Shown here: piece by piece, positions 23,205 to 34,043 of the stretch
Numbering within the stretch: the first letter of the stretch is position 1
Layout: every line of letters starts with the position of its first letter
NCBI GenBank assembly: GCA_040285825.1
Contig: JAUPSS010000007.1
Span: forward strand, 143,156 to 207,155
Length of the DNA stretch: 64,000 nt
Direction of reading: 5' to 3'
Source of the DNA: Eukaryota sp. TZLM1-RC
Lineage: Eukaryota; Protista; Metamonada: BaSk clade
Notes under the pieces: model-generated
Seen by the model: the letters and a program-made list of their open reading frames with translations, nothing else
What the model was told of the DNA's origin: nothing
Databases searched by the model: none
Made by a program: the position numbers and the translations under genes

Positions 23205-23660
23205 ACTATAAAATGAAAGGGTAAGAATGAAATGAAAAAGTGAAAATTAATAGTCCACCTTCAAACCTCATCACTAAAAGGGCCGTATGTTCATTCTCTT
23301 TCTCAAACAAACCACAGAGAGAAAGCGGGACGGCATGCTTCCGAAAGTACGGGTGACCCTTCATGGAGGAAACTCTACGCGTAGGAAATGCCAATGCCAT
23401 TTTCAGTACCTGATGAGTACCCTATTGATAGCTGCACTGTTCACCAAGCTCATTTTGGCTACTGTGATTTCGTTTGGAATCAATTGAGTAAATAGTTAGT
23501 TCATTTACCTTTTGATACGGAGCAATTAACTAACTTATAACCAAGTGTTCTAAATTAACCAGGAAAGGAACAGCAGAAAGAAAACGCATTCTATCTGCAG
23601 TTACCAAACTATAAAATGAAAAGGTCAAAATGGAGTGAAAAGTGAAAATTAATAGTCCAC
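23205..23660 (+). repeat. ~54-bp direct repeats (23205-23258, 23608-23660) flanking a GC-richer segment
   Basis: ACTATAAAATGAAA...AAAAGTGAAAATTAATAGTCCAC in both copies. Confidence 0.8.
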
Positions 23661-26600
23661 TTTTATACATGGTTGCTGGAAGGAATGAAACGCTCTTGGA
23701 GCTAATTAGATGATCGCTCAGAAAAATTGATTTAAATTATGATCTGTGTTCAATATGTTTTTGGAGGTGCAGTTGTTAATTTGTAGGTTGTTACAATAAA
23801 TAGGTGAAAGAATTGAAACAAATAAAAATGAAGAAAAAATCAAAAGTCCAAAAACATGTAGACTATACAGACACACGTAATCAGATCTTTCTTGACCGTA
23901 ATCAACCTCAAACAATTAAAAACTGAATGATTGATGACTGCTCAGTCGTTTATGTATTTATGAATAGAGACTCTAAATAAAGAGAATTGCTCTCAATATT
24001 TGGTAGAGACTCTTGAAATAATCAATAGAGTGACCAAATCGATCGGTTCAACAAAGTTTGGTAATGAATGAAACAACTAATTACTGAATTGAATTTTTAA
24101 TGTACCTCCTCATAAATAAAAACACTTATTCTAAAAGAAAGAGAAAACATTCTCAGTTCCAAACAGAAGATTCTCAGTAGTAGAGGGCTATGCAACCAGG
24201 TTAAAGAAATCGACAGCAATTACCAGTTATAATACCACTTAAACTCTGGCGACACAGCTCAAATAAGAGGTATGAAATTGTAAGTAAGGTATAAAATAGT
24301 AAATAACAAAGATGTCCTGATCACCATCCTCAAAAAACACTTGAATATGTGATTATGGAATAGGATATAAAAGAGAAGAAATTAGTAGTTGTAATGAGCA
24401 AATTAGAATTCATTAGAAACAATGTTGAATGAAAAGTTGACTTTACATCTTGATCGTCATACTGAATGAATGAATTCAAAATGGTTTTCGACGTTTCCTT
24501 CCAATACAACACACACATACATAAACGGTCAACAATAGTCAACGAAACGCTCAAATAAATCAATTGAATGTCTGATTATTGCTGGAAATTTTGACTCAGT
24601 AAAAACCAAATGATAAATAGGCTAATTGATCAAAAAATGATTTTTCAAGGACCCATCCAAAGTGAATTGACATTTTACCTTTTTTTTCTTTCATTTCATT
24701 TCCATGAAAGCACCGATAGAATCTAATCTTTGTAATTCTTCAAGAAAACAATGCAATTGTGAAGTGCATGGCAAGTGTTGCAAATGGTGAGTTTACTGAA
24801 TATAGAACCCCATTGAGTTCGCTAAGAAAAGAAAGGTCAAATGCCCTTTGGAAGAATGCAAGGAGTGAGGTAGAAAACAAGTCTCTAATGTGTGGTTATA
24901 AATCAGTTTTGATTAGGGGTCAGGAGTTCAAATCTCTTTGGGAAAGGAAAATTATGATAAATGAAAAGCAACAGTGCATGATTGTGAAATGATGCACTGG
25001 CACGTTATCATTATGGATGACTAGCAAGGATGACGTGAAACTTAACAATGATGACGTGGCACTTACTCTTAGATATCAACGCCAATGATCAAGCAAGTGT
25101 GGCACGTTGCACGACTAGATCAGCCTTGAGATGCATCTTGGTATATCTAACAAATAGAGTAAAGAAACAAACCCTAAACCCGGTCGATGGGAACCCTCTA
25201 CTATGCCATACCATGAGACAGTGGGGTTTGAAGAAGGTGTGTAAAGTAAAGAGGAAAGTGTAATCGAACGGGGTTTTTGAATGGTAACAATGGTGTGAAT
25301 ACGGAATGCTCAGGTGTGTTGCTTGTGGAAGCTATTGTTGATGGTAAGAGTATAACATTGTGAGAAGGGAAAGGTGGTGAGGAGTTCTTCTCCTCTTAAT
25401 GAAGGGTTGCTCATTGACTGACCATCCCGTAAATGTAGATTGCTGCTCTTCAGATGTGAGAAATGTAAGAATCTCCTCAATCAATTTCCTCCTCATAAAT
25501 GATCAACTCAAACACTGTATTTTCTGGGAATATTCAAAACATCAAGTATTCATGTGTGTAATTGGTGTGTTTAAAGATATCATAGTATCAACAATTGAAT
25601 GTATTGCAACAAGCTGACTTGAAATTGAACAAGAAAATAGAAAAATATAAAAAAAATTTAACTACTACAAGTACCACAAGTAGAGGCAAAAGCTTGCAGC
25701 AGCACACAATGTTTTTAACTAAAAGAAATCAAAGCAAAACAAAAAAAACAACACATTGACATCAACCATTCAAAATCAAATAAAGATACTCAAACAAAAG
25801 ATTCTTTTTAGTGTTTTTAACTAAGAAATACCTATTCATGTGCAGTGAATGGTTCTACTGATTTGTTTGGACTTTGGGATATTCTTTAAAAGGTCATTCA
25901 CATTGACTGTCTCTATAGCGTCTCAATCAGTCTCTAAATGCTCACAGTTGTCGCCAAATTGCATGTCATGTATTGAATCCCAATATCCACCAATTTTGTG
26001 GGGGTTGTCAATAACGCTAATGTCAGCAGAGTTTGGATTGGAAATGGTTATTGTTGAGGGATCGTCGGAAAGAAAAGGATACTTCCTAATCATATTGGAA
26101 TGAAAAAGATGTAGATGTTACATGGTCTGTACCAACTCCCCTGACTATGAAAGATCCATTTTCGATGGAACTGATTTTGGCAGCATTTGCAAGTTGTGAC
26201 TTGACCTCGAGTATTAAAATTCAACCAGAACATTGTCCAGGAGATAGCTGCTGTGCTTGAATCATATTGTAAAGTCATGAGTATTCATTTTCCTATCAAC
26301 AAAGTGGAAACAAAAAAAATGAATGGACAAAAATGAAGAAATGAAGTTCTGTCAAATGAAGATCTGGTTGTTAATCACTTAATTATATTTAATCAGAACT
26401 AATGGGCCCCAGTCCAATCAACCAAGATTTCCTTTACAAAAGCTTTATCTACTTGTTTTCTTGCCATTACTTCCCTTATTGCATGAAACAACCGGGGTAC
26501 TATTTGATTTATTGCAAATTGAATCTCTTGTTGTCTTGCGAGGTGTAGCATCTACAGGTTCAGCATCGAAACCGTTGACGAGGTAATCAAAAGGCAAGGA

Positions 26601-26699
26601 CCATTTGATTGGTGTTGTTAGTGGTGCTGGATGTAAATGTTTCAAACAAATTTGTTTCAAAAAAAATTGAACTATCATATTGATCAACATTATGCAAAA

Positions 26700-27100
26700 G
26701 AAGAAAACTTAATCCTGTGACTGCTGTAGATTTTAAAGCAAAAAAGAAACATAGAAAAGATGATAAAGATATTAAAGAGGCAAATGTCGATAAAAATACA
26801 CAGCTGGTTTTTATTGCTTTCCCATTTTCGATAAATGGAAGATTATCAGTTGAAGCAGAAACTTTTTTGAATGACTTCCAAAAAATGGTGCGAGAAAAAA
26901 CAGTGAAAAGATTTGATATTTTTTTATGGCGTTCACGGATTCAATTTGCCATTATTAATAGATTACCACGGTTTTTCAATCGAATAAGAGAAGCTTTAGC
27001 TAGACAGCAAGCAGATCAAGATTTTGTAGAGCTCATCTTGGTTCAATGATAGTCGTCCCATTAGTTATGAGTTAATTGATTGTACATGTTCAATAAGTAC
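26700..27100 (+). mobile_element. Non-LTR family D 3' remnant (RLE C-terminus)
   Basis: KAKKKHRKDD...FIAFPFSINGRLS...LWRSRIQFAIINRLPRFFNRIREALARQQADQ. Confidence 0.85.
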
Positions 27101-27288
27101 ATTTATTCCTTATAATTTGATTAAAAAAGGTGCATATAAGGAAATTGGGGCCATCCCCTACATGTTTTGGAGTTTCCAGAGTGATGAGCCTTTGTCCAAA
27201 TCCACAATACTTATTGAAGAAACGTCATTGACTGAATGTAAACTGATACAGAAAAAGAGAAGGAAAAGTAAATGTACCATTTAAATAG

Positions 27289-28443
27289 ATGCTACTCATC
27301 TTTCTTCTAGTCCTCTCACCTGTGATTTCATGGACTGTAGTCAGTCCGGAGAACACAAATTTTGTTCCAACTTCTATAGATAGAACAGAATCTTGGTCAT
27401 TTATCGCTCCACAAGCAACACTGTCTGGTGCACCTGTTATTCTGTCGGAGCGTGTATATTGGCAGACAGATAATGCTTTATACAAACTAGCACTCTCTTC
27501 AGGGGCACTTTTATCAGAGCTCGCTATCAATACCTCAAGACCGACCTCTCTGTTTTCCTCTCCATCACATACATCAATGGTGATGCGTCTGTCTAATGAT
27601 GACGCGACAACCATTAACTTTCTTTCTCCTGATCTCCAAATAGCTTCTTCCCAACCGTTTAATCCTCGCAATCCTGTCGCCGATAGATCGGGTTTTGTGT
27701 TTTGCCAATCCTTTACACTCCATAGATTCTCCTTTAATGGTGAGTTGTTGAATCGCCGTAGTATTAAAAATAATGTTAATCTTGTCGCCGCTCCTGATGG
27801 GTACTATGGCTATGCTTTTGGTGCCATTTATCAGTTTGAGGGAAATCTGAGAATGAGATGGGAAGCGAGACAACGTGCAGTAAGTAATTTTGTTGCTGAT
27901 AACCAACGATCAATGGTGTTTTTTACATCTGACTTCCACCTTCACCCCACCTTGATTTTTCTTCATGGAATCTACACAGGAAGTGGACATGCTGTTGACA
28001 TTTTTAAGCAGAATATAACGAAACTTACGTCCAGAGAGCGGGTTGTGTTTTCAGCTGTAGGTCAAAATGGTGACGTGATTTATGGACTAAATGGCCGTGA
28101 TGAGGGTCTGGTTTTAAGACTTGTTGTTATTCCAAATTTTGGTTCTCGATATGGGGAACCAAAAGAGATCAAAATTCTAAGTGAAAACGCCGACTATCAA
28201 GGTCACGTAGTGTTTCCATCAAATTTGATTGCTGTTTCTTTTTATGAGAAGTCTGGTGATTTTGAAGGAACCAGGGTTGTTTTCGTTAATTTAAATGGTG
28301 ACATCCAAATACTTTCTAATTATACGCAAAAATTTGAAAATTTCAGAGGTTCAAGTGTTGTTGGTTTTGGTGATTTGTGCATAGTCTTAGTTCTTTCTGA
28401 AATTTCCACTGGAAATTCTAAACTTGTTTCTACTTGTCAATGA
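27289..28443 (+). CDS. Predicted secreted protein, probable beta-propeller (PQQ-like)
   Basis: Intact 384-aa ORF with a hydrophobic signal peptide (MLLIFLLVLSPVISW), repeats such as LYKLALSSGALL and IYQFEGNLRMRW, and N-glycosylation sequons NIT and NYT. Confidence 0.8.
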   Translation: MLLIFLLVLSPVISWTVVSPENTNFVPTSIDRTESWSFIAPQATLSGAPVILSERVYWQTDNALYKLALSSGALLSELAINTSRPTSLFSSPSHTSMVMRLSNDDATTINFLSPDLQIASSQPFNPRNPVADRSGFVFCQSFTLHRFSFNGELLNRRSIKNNVNLVAAPDGYYGYAFGAIYQFEGNLRMRWEARQRAVSNFVADNQRSMVFFTSDFHLHPTLIFLHGIYTGSGHAVDIFKQNITKLTSRERVVFSAVGQNGDVIYGLNGRDEGLVLRLVVIPNFGSRYGEPKEIKILSENADYQGHVVFPSNLIAVSFYEKSGDFEGTRVVFVNLNGDIQILSNYTQKFENFRGSSVVGFGDLCIVLVLSEISTGNSKLVSTCQ

Positions 28444-28959
28444 ATCTGTAAATATAAAGAAGTTTTTCTTTGTTTTTGATTCACATTCTTTAACTGAATT
28501 AGTTTTTATCTAATCTTGTCTCCATATTTAATGCTTAAGTTTGTGGAACAAGTGATGCTATCAATTTGATGTCATTAAGAACCATAAAAAAGAGAAAAAT
28601 TTACGAATGGCAATTTCTTTGTGTTCTACAACAAGTAAATGGTTATCCACGACGAAGCTAAATTATCCAGTTTACAATGTTGTGAACAGCATCATCAAAA
28701 TTATATAACCATACCCTCAAGGAAAGTTGGAGTTAGTCTGATGATTATGCATTTAGGTCAGATAAAGCAAGGGTAGAGGTGGAAAATGAGGTCCAAAAGA
28801 ACTTCACAATAATGAAGATTTGCTCTTTGGTTATGAAGACTGTTTTTGAACTGGTCAGATTGTGACGTGATCTCAAGGGGAAAAGGGGACAATTCCAGAC
28901 TCTGAACCCAAACCATTTACGTTTTCTTTTCGTCACAAAATAAAAGATTTTTTTACAAA

Positions 28960-31212
28960 TTATTTATTGCTAGAAGGGTTAAAATTTTCGTCCATAAAAT
29001 CATTGAAAAGATCAGTAACATATACAGAATTTAAATATTGAATAAACCATGGAAAACAAGATAATTGAATTGAATGTCCATTCCTAATGAATTGAACTGA
29101 TTTAATTAAACCTCGACTAATTAATCTTGTGGGAGACCAGGGTGATTTTAAAAGACAGTCTTCTCTGGGCCTAATCAATTGAATATATTCCAAATAAGGA
29201 AAGTTTTGTTCAGTGATATTGGCAGGAACTTGGTTATAAATTGTAAATTCCTTTAAGTTTAGTAATTGTATTTCGACATTGACAGTCGAATACAATTTAA
29301 CGGACAATCTGATAATAGATTGAGGTACATGTATTTGATTTTTGAGAATTCTTTCAGAAATTTCAGGAGAAGACACAATCAACTCTTTTAATGACGTTAG
29401 ATAGCTTAAATTGATAACCTGAACGTAATTATGTTTAAGTACTAACTTCACTAGTGAAGTGGGTAATTGTTGAATATTCAGTGAATAATTAAGCTCTAGA
29501 CACTTGAGTTTTGATAAATGTGTCAAGTTAATAGACAAGTTTGAACCACATTTTGACCATCCACCAAGCTTAATAGCCTCAACATTTGGGAAAAACGACA
29601 ATAATTGTGGATCATAATCAACTTCATCATAGTAAACATCAAGTTTTTGAATTCTAGTATTGATTACATTGGGACCACTGTAAGCAGAAGTCAAATGCAT
29701 TTGTAAATCACAAATGTTTTCATAAAAATTTAAAACTTCAGAACTTACTAAAAAGATCGTATGTTGAATTGGATGAACATTAAACACTTCTTGAGCAAAC
29801 TGAGCTACCCTTTTACTAATACCACATTTGGTGTAAAATCTTGCTTTAACATATGGATGATTACCAAAGAGCTTTTGCAAATAAGTTAAATATTGCCAAT
29901 AAACCAGCTTAATTAGACCACTAAACATTCTATCCAAAGGTTGTCTTAGATATCGGAAACTGCCAAGAATTTCAGAACCAAATACTTTGACAGGTTGTGG
30001 TCGTTCAATCAAATCACCTGTACCTAATTGACCTCTGAAATTCCTTCCCCAAGCCCAAACAGTGCTTTTGTTGTAGGCAAAAAAGAAGTCATGACCTACT
30101 GAAATACCTTCTATATTAGTGAATGCTTCAATACAAATTGGCTCCTGTGCATCTTGATAAGCATCACTTAATCTACTCAACTTGCCCCAAACAAAAACTT
30201 TACCATTATTATCAATGGCAGCAAAAATATCAGTAAACCCACCATTACCACTAATGGAAACAATATTGGTCAAACCTGGAACTTTGGTGGGTTTATTATT
30301 GAAAGATCCATCACTCCCCTTGTTAAACTTCCAAACAACACCATTAGTATCAATAACAAATAGACAACGATGACAAAATAAAAAAGAGTCCTGATGTGGT
30401 GCTTTTGGAATCAAATACTCACTTACTGGGATTTTAACGTGGTATTCGGGAAATTCAAGGTTACCGTATTTGCTAACTGTGAAGAAATCACCATTATCAT
30501 CAACTACTATAATGGAATCATCATGAACTGCAACGAAAACAAAGTTATTAAAGTCTTCAATTAATTCAAATGATTGTCCATTTCCCCATTTAACAAAATT
30601 ACCTTCTTGGGTCAAAGCATAAGAATATTTGAAAACACCAAAAACTTCCTTAATGCTATAAGGAATGTTGATTAGTGTAATGGGTAGTGATCTACTGGTT
30701 GAATTATTAATTTGATGGTGATTATTCGAACCCCAACCATATAACTTGCCTGCTGAAGAGAGGGCAAGGGAATGGTTACGGCCAGCTGAGATGGCTACGA
30801 TATTAGTTAAAGGTAGTTTGATTGGTGAGATGATTCCACCAGGTCCATTATAAAGAACTTTATCATTAAAATTATCACCCCAACCATAAACTTCACCAGA
30901 ATAGGTGAGAAGAAGAGAATAACCCAAACCTACTGAAATAGAATGAACCCCCACTTCCCGATCGATCGGGGGAGGCAAAAAGGGAGAATGGGATGAGTTC
31001 TGATCGATGAGAGAGGAACAATTGGATTTTGAGAGCGATTTGCGATAATCATGGGGAAGAGTTTCCGGTGAGGGGATGTCTGATTGACATGTTAAAGAAG
31101 GATTAGCCAGGACATGGAAAGGAGAGTTTGTAAAACATTGGCAATGACGTTCTGTTTGGGAACAGGAAGGAGTAGTGTTAGTATGTGGGAACCTATCATT
31201 GTTGTGCGTCAT
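28960..31212 (-). CDS. RCC1/BLIP-II repeat protein with C-terminal leucine-rich repeats
   Basis: ISAGRNHSLALSSAGKLYGWGSN and VWAWGRNFRGQLGTGD, followed by LRR-like LPTSLVKLVL and LSYLTSLKELIV. Confidence 0.92.
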   Translation of the reverse strand: MTHNNDRFPHTNTTPSCSQTERHCQCFTNSPFHVLANPSLTCQSDIPSPETLPHDYRKSLSKSNCSSLIDQNSSHSPFLPPPIDREVGVHSISVGLGYSLLLTYSGEVYGWGDNFNDKVLYNGPGGIISPIKLPLTNIVAISAGRNHSLALSSAGKLYGWGSNNHHQINNSTSRSLPITLINIPYSIKEVFGVFKYSYALTQEGNFVKWGNGQSFELIEDFNNFVFVAVHDDSIIVVDDNGDFFTVSKYGNLEFPEYHVKIPVSEYLIPKAPHQDSFLFCHRCLFVIDTNGVVWKFNKGSDGSFNNKPTKVPGLTNIVSISGNGGFTDIFAAIDNNGKVFVWGKLSRLSDAYQDAQEPICIEAFTNIEGISVGHDFFFAYNKSTVWAWGRNFRGQLGTGDLIERPQPVKVFGSEILGSFRYLRQPLDRMFSGLIKLVYWQYLTYLQKLFGNHPYVKARFYTKCGISKRVAQFAQEVFNVHPIQHTIFLVSSEVLNFYENICDLQMHLTSAYSGPNVINTRIQKLDVYYDEVDYDPQLLSFFPNVEAIKLGGWSKCGSNLSINLTHLSKLKCLELNYSLNIQQLPTSLVKLVLKHNYVQVINLSYLTSLKELIVSSPEISERILKNQIHVPQSIIRLSVKLYSTVNVEIQLLNLKEFTIYNQVPANITEQNFPYLEYIQLIRPREDCLLKSPWSPTRLISRGLIKSVQFIRNGHSIQLSCFPWFIQYLNSVYVTDLFNDFMDENFNPSSNK

Positions 31213-31539
31213 TATTGAAAGTGCGGTTGCAGACCTGTTCTGATTTAATCAATCTCAAGTCGTCAAACATTTTCACCTGATTTAAATAAAACAATACATT
31301 CAGTGGCTGAATTTCTTGTCTCTTTATTGTCTTTTGCTTTATTATCTTTTGGTCGCCTTAATGAAGGAAAAACTTTCAATCAATTCTTCTTGGCTGATTT
31401 GAGAGGTGAAGATTTAGAATTTTAATATTTGGTGTGGAGTATTATTTCAAAATAAAAATTTATTCACTTAAAATACAGTATTTGAATCTTTATTATAATT
31501 ATTCCAAGTCAATTGAGTTAATACAAACTCTATATAACA

Positions 31540-31870
31540 ATTTATTGATCTTGCAGACTAAACAGAATAAACTCATAACTAATGGGATGAAATTCATGGA
31601 CCCACGATTTTCTCTGCAACATCTTGATCTGCTTGCTGTCTAGCGAAAGCTTCTCTAATTCGATTGAAAAACCAAAGCAATCAATTAATAATTGCAAATT
31701 TAATTCGAGATCAAAATAAAAAGATATCAAATCTTTCCGAAGTCTATTCTTGAACCATTTTTTGGACATGATTCAACAAAGTTTGTGCTTTTACTGATTG
31801 TCTTCCGTTTATAGAAAATGGGAAAGTAATGAAAAAGAGTGACCTATTTCTATCAGCATTGGCTGATCAT
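31540..31870 (-). mobile_element. Non-LTR family D 3' remnant
   Basis: The reverse complement gives SRIKFAIIN..FFNRIREAFARQQADQDVAE and the family 3' UTR CCCATTAGTTATGAGTT. Confidence 0.8.
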
Positions 31871-32049
31871 CAAAATCATAAATTATCTAAGTTAATATTT
31901 GAATGAAATATTACTTCCTTAAAGTAACAAGTAAAGGTTTCTTTAGTAATGAAGTATTACTAGTAATAAGTAAGTCAGTTAAGAAAGTAATACTGCAAAT
32001 TTGTTATTAACTGAGACAAATAATCAGTATTGGTGATCAAGATTCAAAA

Positions 32050-33965
32050 TGGTAATAATTTTTGATACTTATAAGATAGATACCGCTAAGATTAAAAGAT
32101 ATTCAAATTACAGTAAGACAACTCTATTTTTCCATTTCAATAGTGGAATTGCCGAATGTCGGCCAAAATTGTTCGACTTGATTTTGGTTTCTGTTGTAGT
32201 TGTGAAACCAATGGAGAATGTTGTAATAAGAAAGTATTTCTAGATCTGATTCCATTGAACTATGCGCAATTTTATGTTTGTTAAAAGCAAATGATTTTGT
32301 ACAAGTTGAAGACCTTATCTTGCAAAGTTATCGTTACAGCCCTAACCTTATTATTCATCTTTTTAAACAAACACTCTGTAGCAATAAGGTTCAATACGAG
32401 GGCGTTGAAATTGGATCCACATAATGAACCCCCAAACTATTTGTATGCATTTTTGAACAAGATATGTTCCTTCAAACAACACGATAAAGACAGGAAACAA
32501 TCTATGTGCTTTCTTATGTAAATAAAGTTGTATTAGAAATCGGTTGATATATGCCGGAATTAATGCCGTATTTTTAATCAACATATAGCACATAATCTAA
32601 TTTACATTTTGGTAATTGCATTTTGAGTTCATCAAGTGGTGTAAGGAGATCCGTAAGGACCTCTTTTGTTTTGTTTGGCCATTGATCCAATTTGATTGCA
32701 AATTCAAGAGATGTTTCCTTCGCTAATTATGATTGCATATATGGATGATGTTGTGCTTATTGGTGATTTAAATATTGTGAAACAAGCAGCTGTATGTTTT
32801 AAAGAATTTTTTACCAAAATTGGTCTCCGACTTAATTTACTTTAATGTGTTTTGTTATCGAATTCTCCAGTTTCCACAATAGTTGATGGTATTGAAATTC
32901 AAGCCAAATTATATTTAATTGATGCTATTTGTCATTTGGGTCGTTTTTAGGAAATAATGATGAAATTACCAAAAAATGGTTTGAAAGGTTGAAGTCAATT
33001 TCTGACAAAATTGACCGAATGATGAATTTAGATATACAACAACACATCAAATTTAATATTATAAGACTGTGTTTTAGTTCCAACTTCAATTATATATATT
33101 TCGATCTACAAATCCTCTCGTCACTAGAACTTTGGCTCAGAAGTTTAATGAGTTACGTGCAAAAGTTCTGTCTCAATTACTGGGATGTAAAGTGTTCCAA
33201 ATTCCAGACCATGTTTATGTTAGTCCACATTATGGCGGTTTAGGGTGGACGAAGGCTTCTATTCTTACCTCGTGTACTTTTGATCGATGCAGAAATGCAA
33301 TCTTTGAGTTTTCCGAAAGATTTTCAGATTGGAAAGATATATTGATGACAACGCAAAGTTCCACTATTTTTGCATTAAATGAGGAATTTTCAAAAATTGA
33401 TGTAGAAAAATGGAGTCAATGCTTTCCACAATCATTCAATGGCAATATTCCAGAAAAAAATGTTTTAAATTTGAAGTACACTCTTGGAACACTACAGAAA
33501 GGATTGACTGGAATGTATGAAAATGATCTTTATAATAATAAATGCAGCTCGGCTGTTTCAAATCATCACAGAAGAAAACTTAATCCTGTGAGTGCTCTTG
33601 ATTGAAAAACAAAAGAAAAACATAGAAAATATGATAAAGATGTTGAAGAGGCTAATGCTGATAGAAATACACAGCTAGTTTTTATTACTTTCCCATTTTC
33701 GATAAATGGAAGATTATCAGATGGAGCAGAAAAAACAATGAGAATCAGGTTCAAGAAAAAACAATGAGAAGATTTGATATTTTTTGAGGGCGTGCACGAA
33801 TTCAATTTGCCATTATTAATAGATTATCTCAACTTTTTCAATCGAATAAGAGAAGCTTTTGCTAGACAGCAAGCAGATCAAGATTTTGTAGAGAAAACCT
33901 TGGTTCAATGATAGTCGTCCCATTAGTTATGAGTTAATGTAATTAAGTGTTCAAGTTCAATAAAT
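32050..33965 (+). mobile_element. Non-LTR family D, longer decayed copy (RT + RLE end)
   Basis: SSSGVR.GDP.GPLLFCLAI, AYMDDVVLIG (YMDD 32738-32749), GLRLN and YGGLGW, then the family D 3' end finishing TTCAATAAATAAAA. Confidence 0.85.
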
Positions 33966-34043
33966 AAAATCGGTTGAGGAAAAAATGGCATTCCCAAAAT
34001 TCACTTGACATTTAGGGGCTTCTTCAACCCTCAAAAGCCTCCA

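Noticed and set aside
23385-23430. Hammerhead ribozyme around CTGATGAG at ~23410
   Set aside because: No downstream stem II-GAAA and no workable stem I.
22180-23700. CRESS origin stem-loop (NANTATTAC) or capsid gene
   Set aside because: No nonanucleotide in a hairpin and no Arg-rich capsid ORF was found.
27268-27288. 21-nt GT..AG just before the ATG at 27289 as an intron
   Set aside because: No CTRAY branch point, and the ORF already starts with a good signal peptide.
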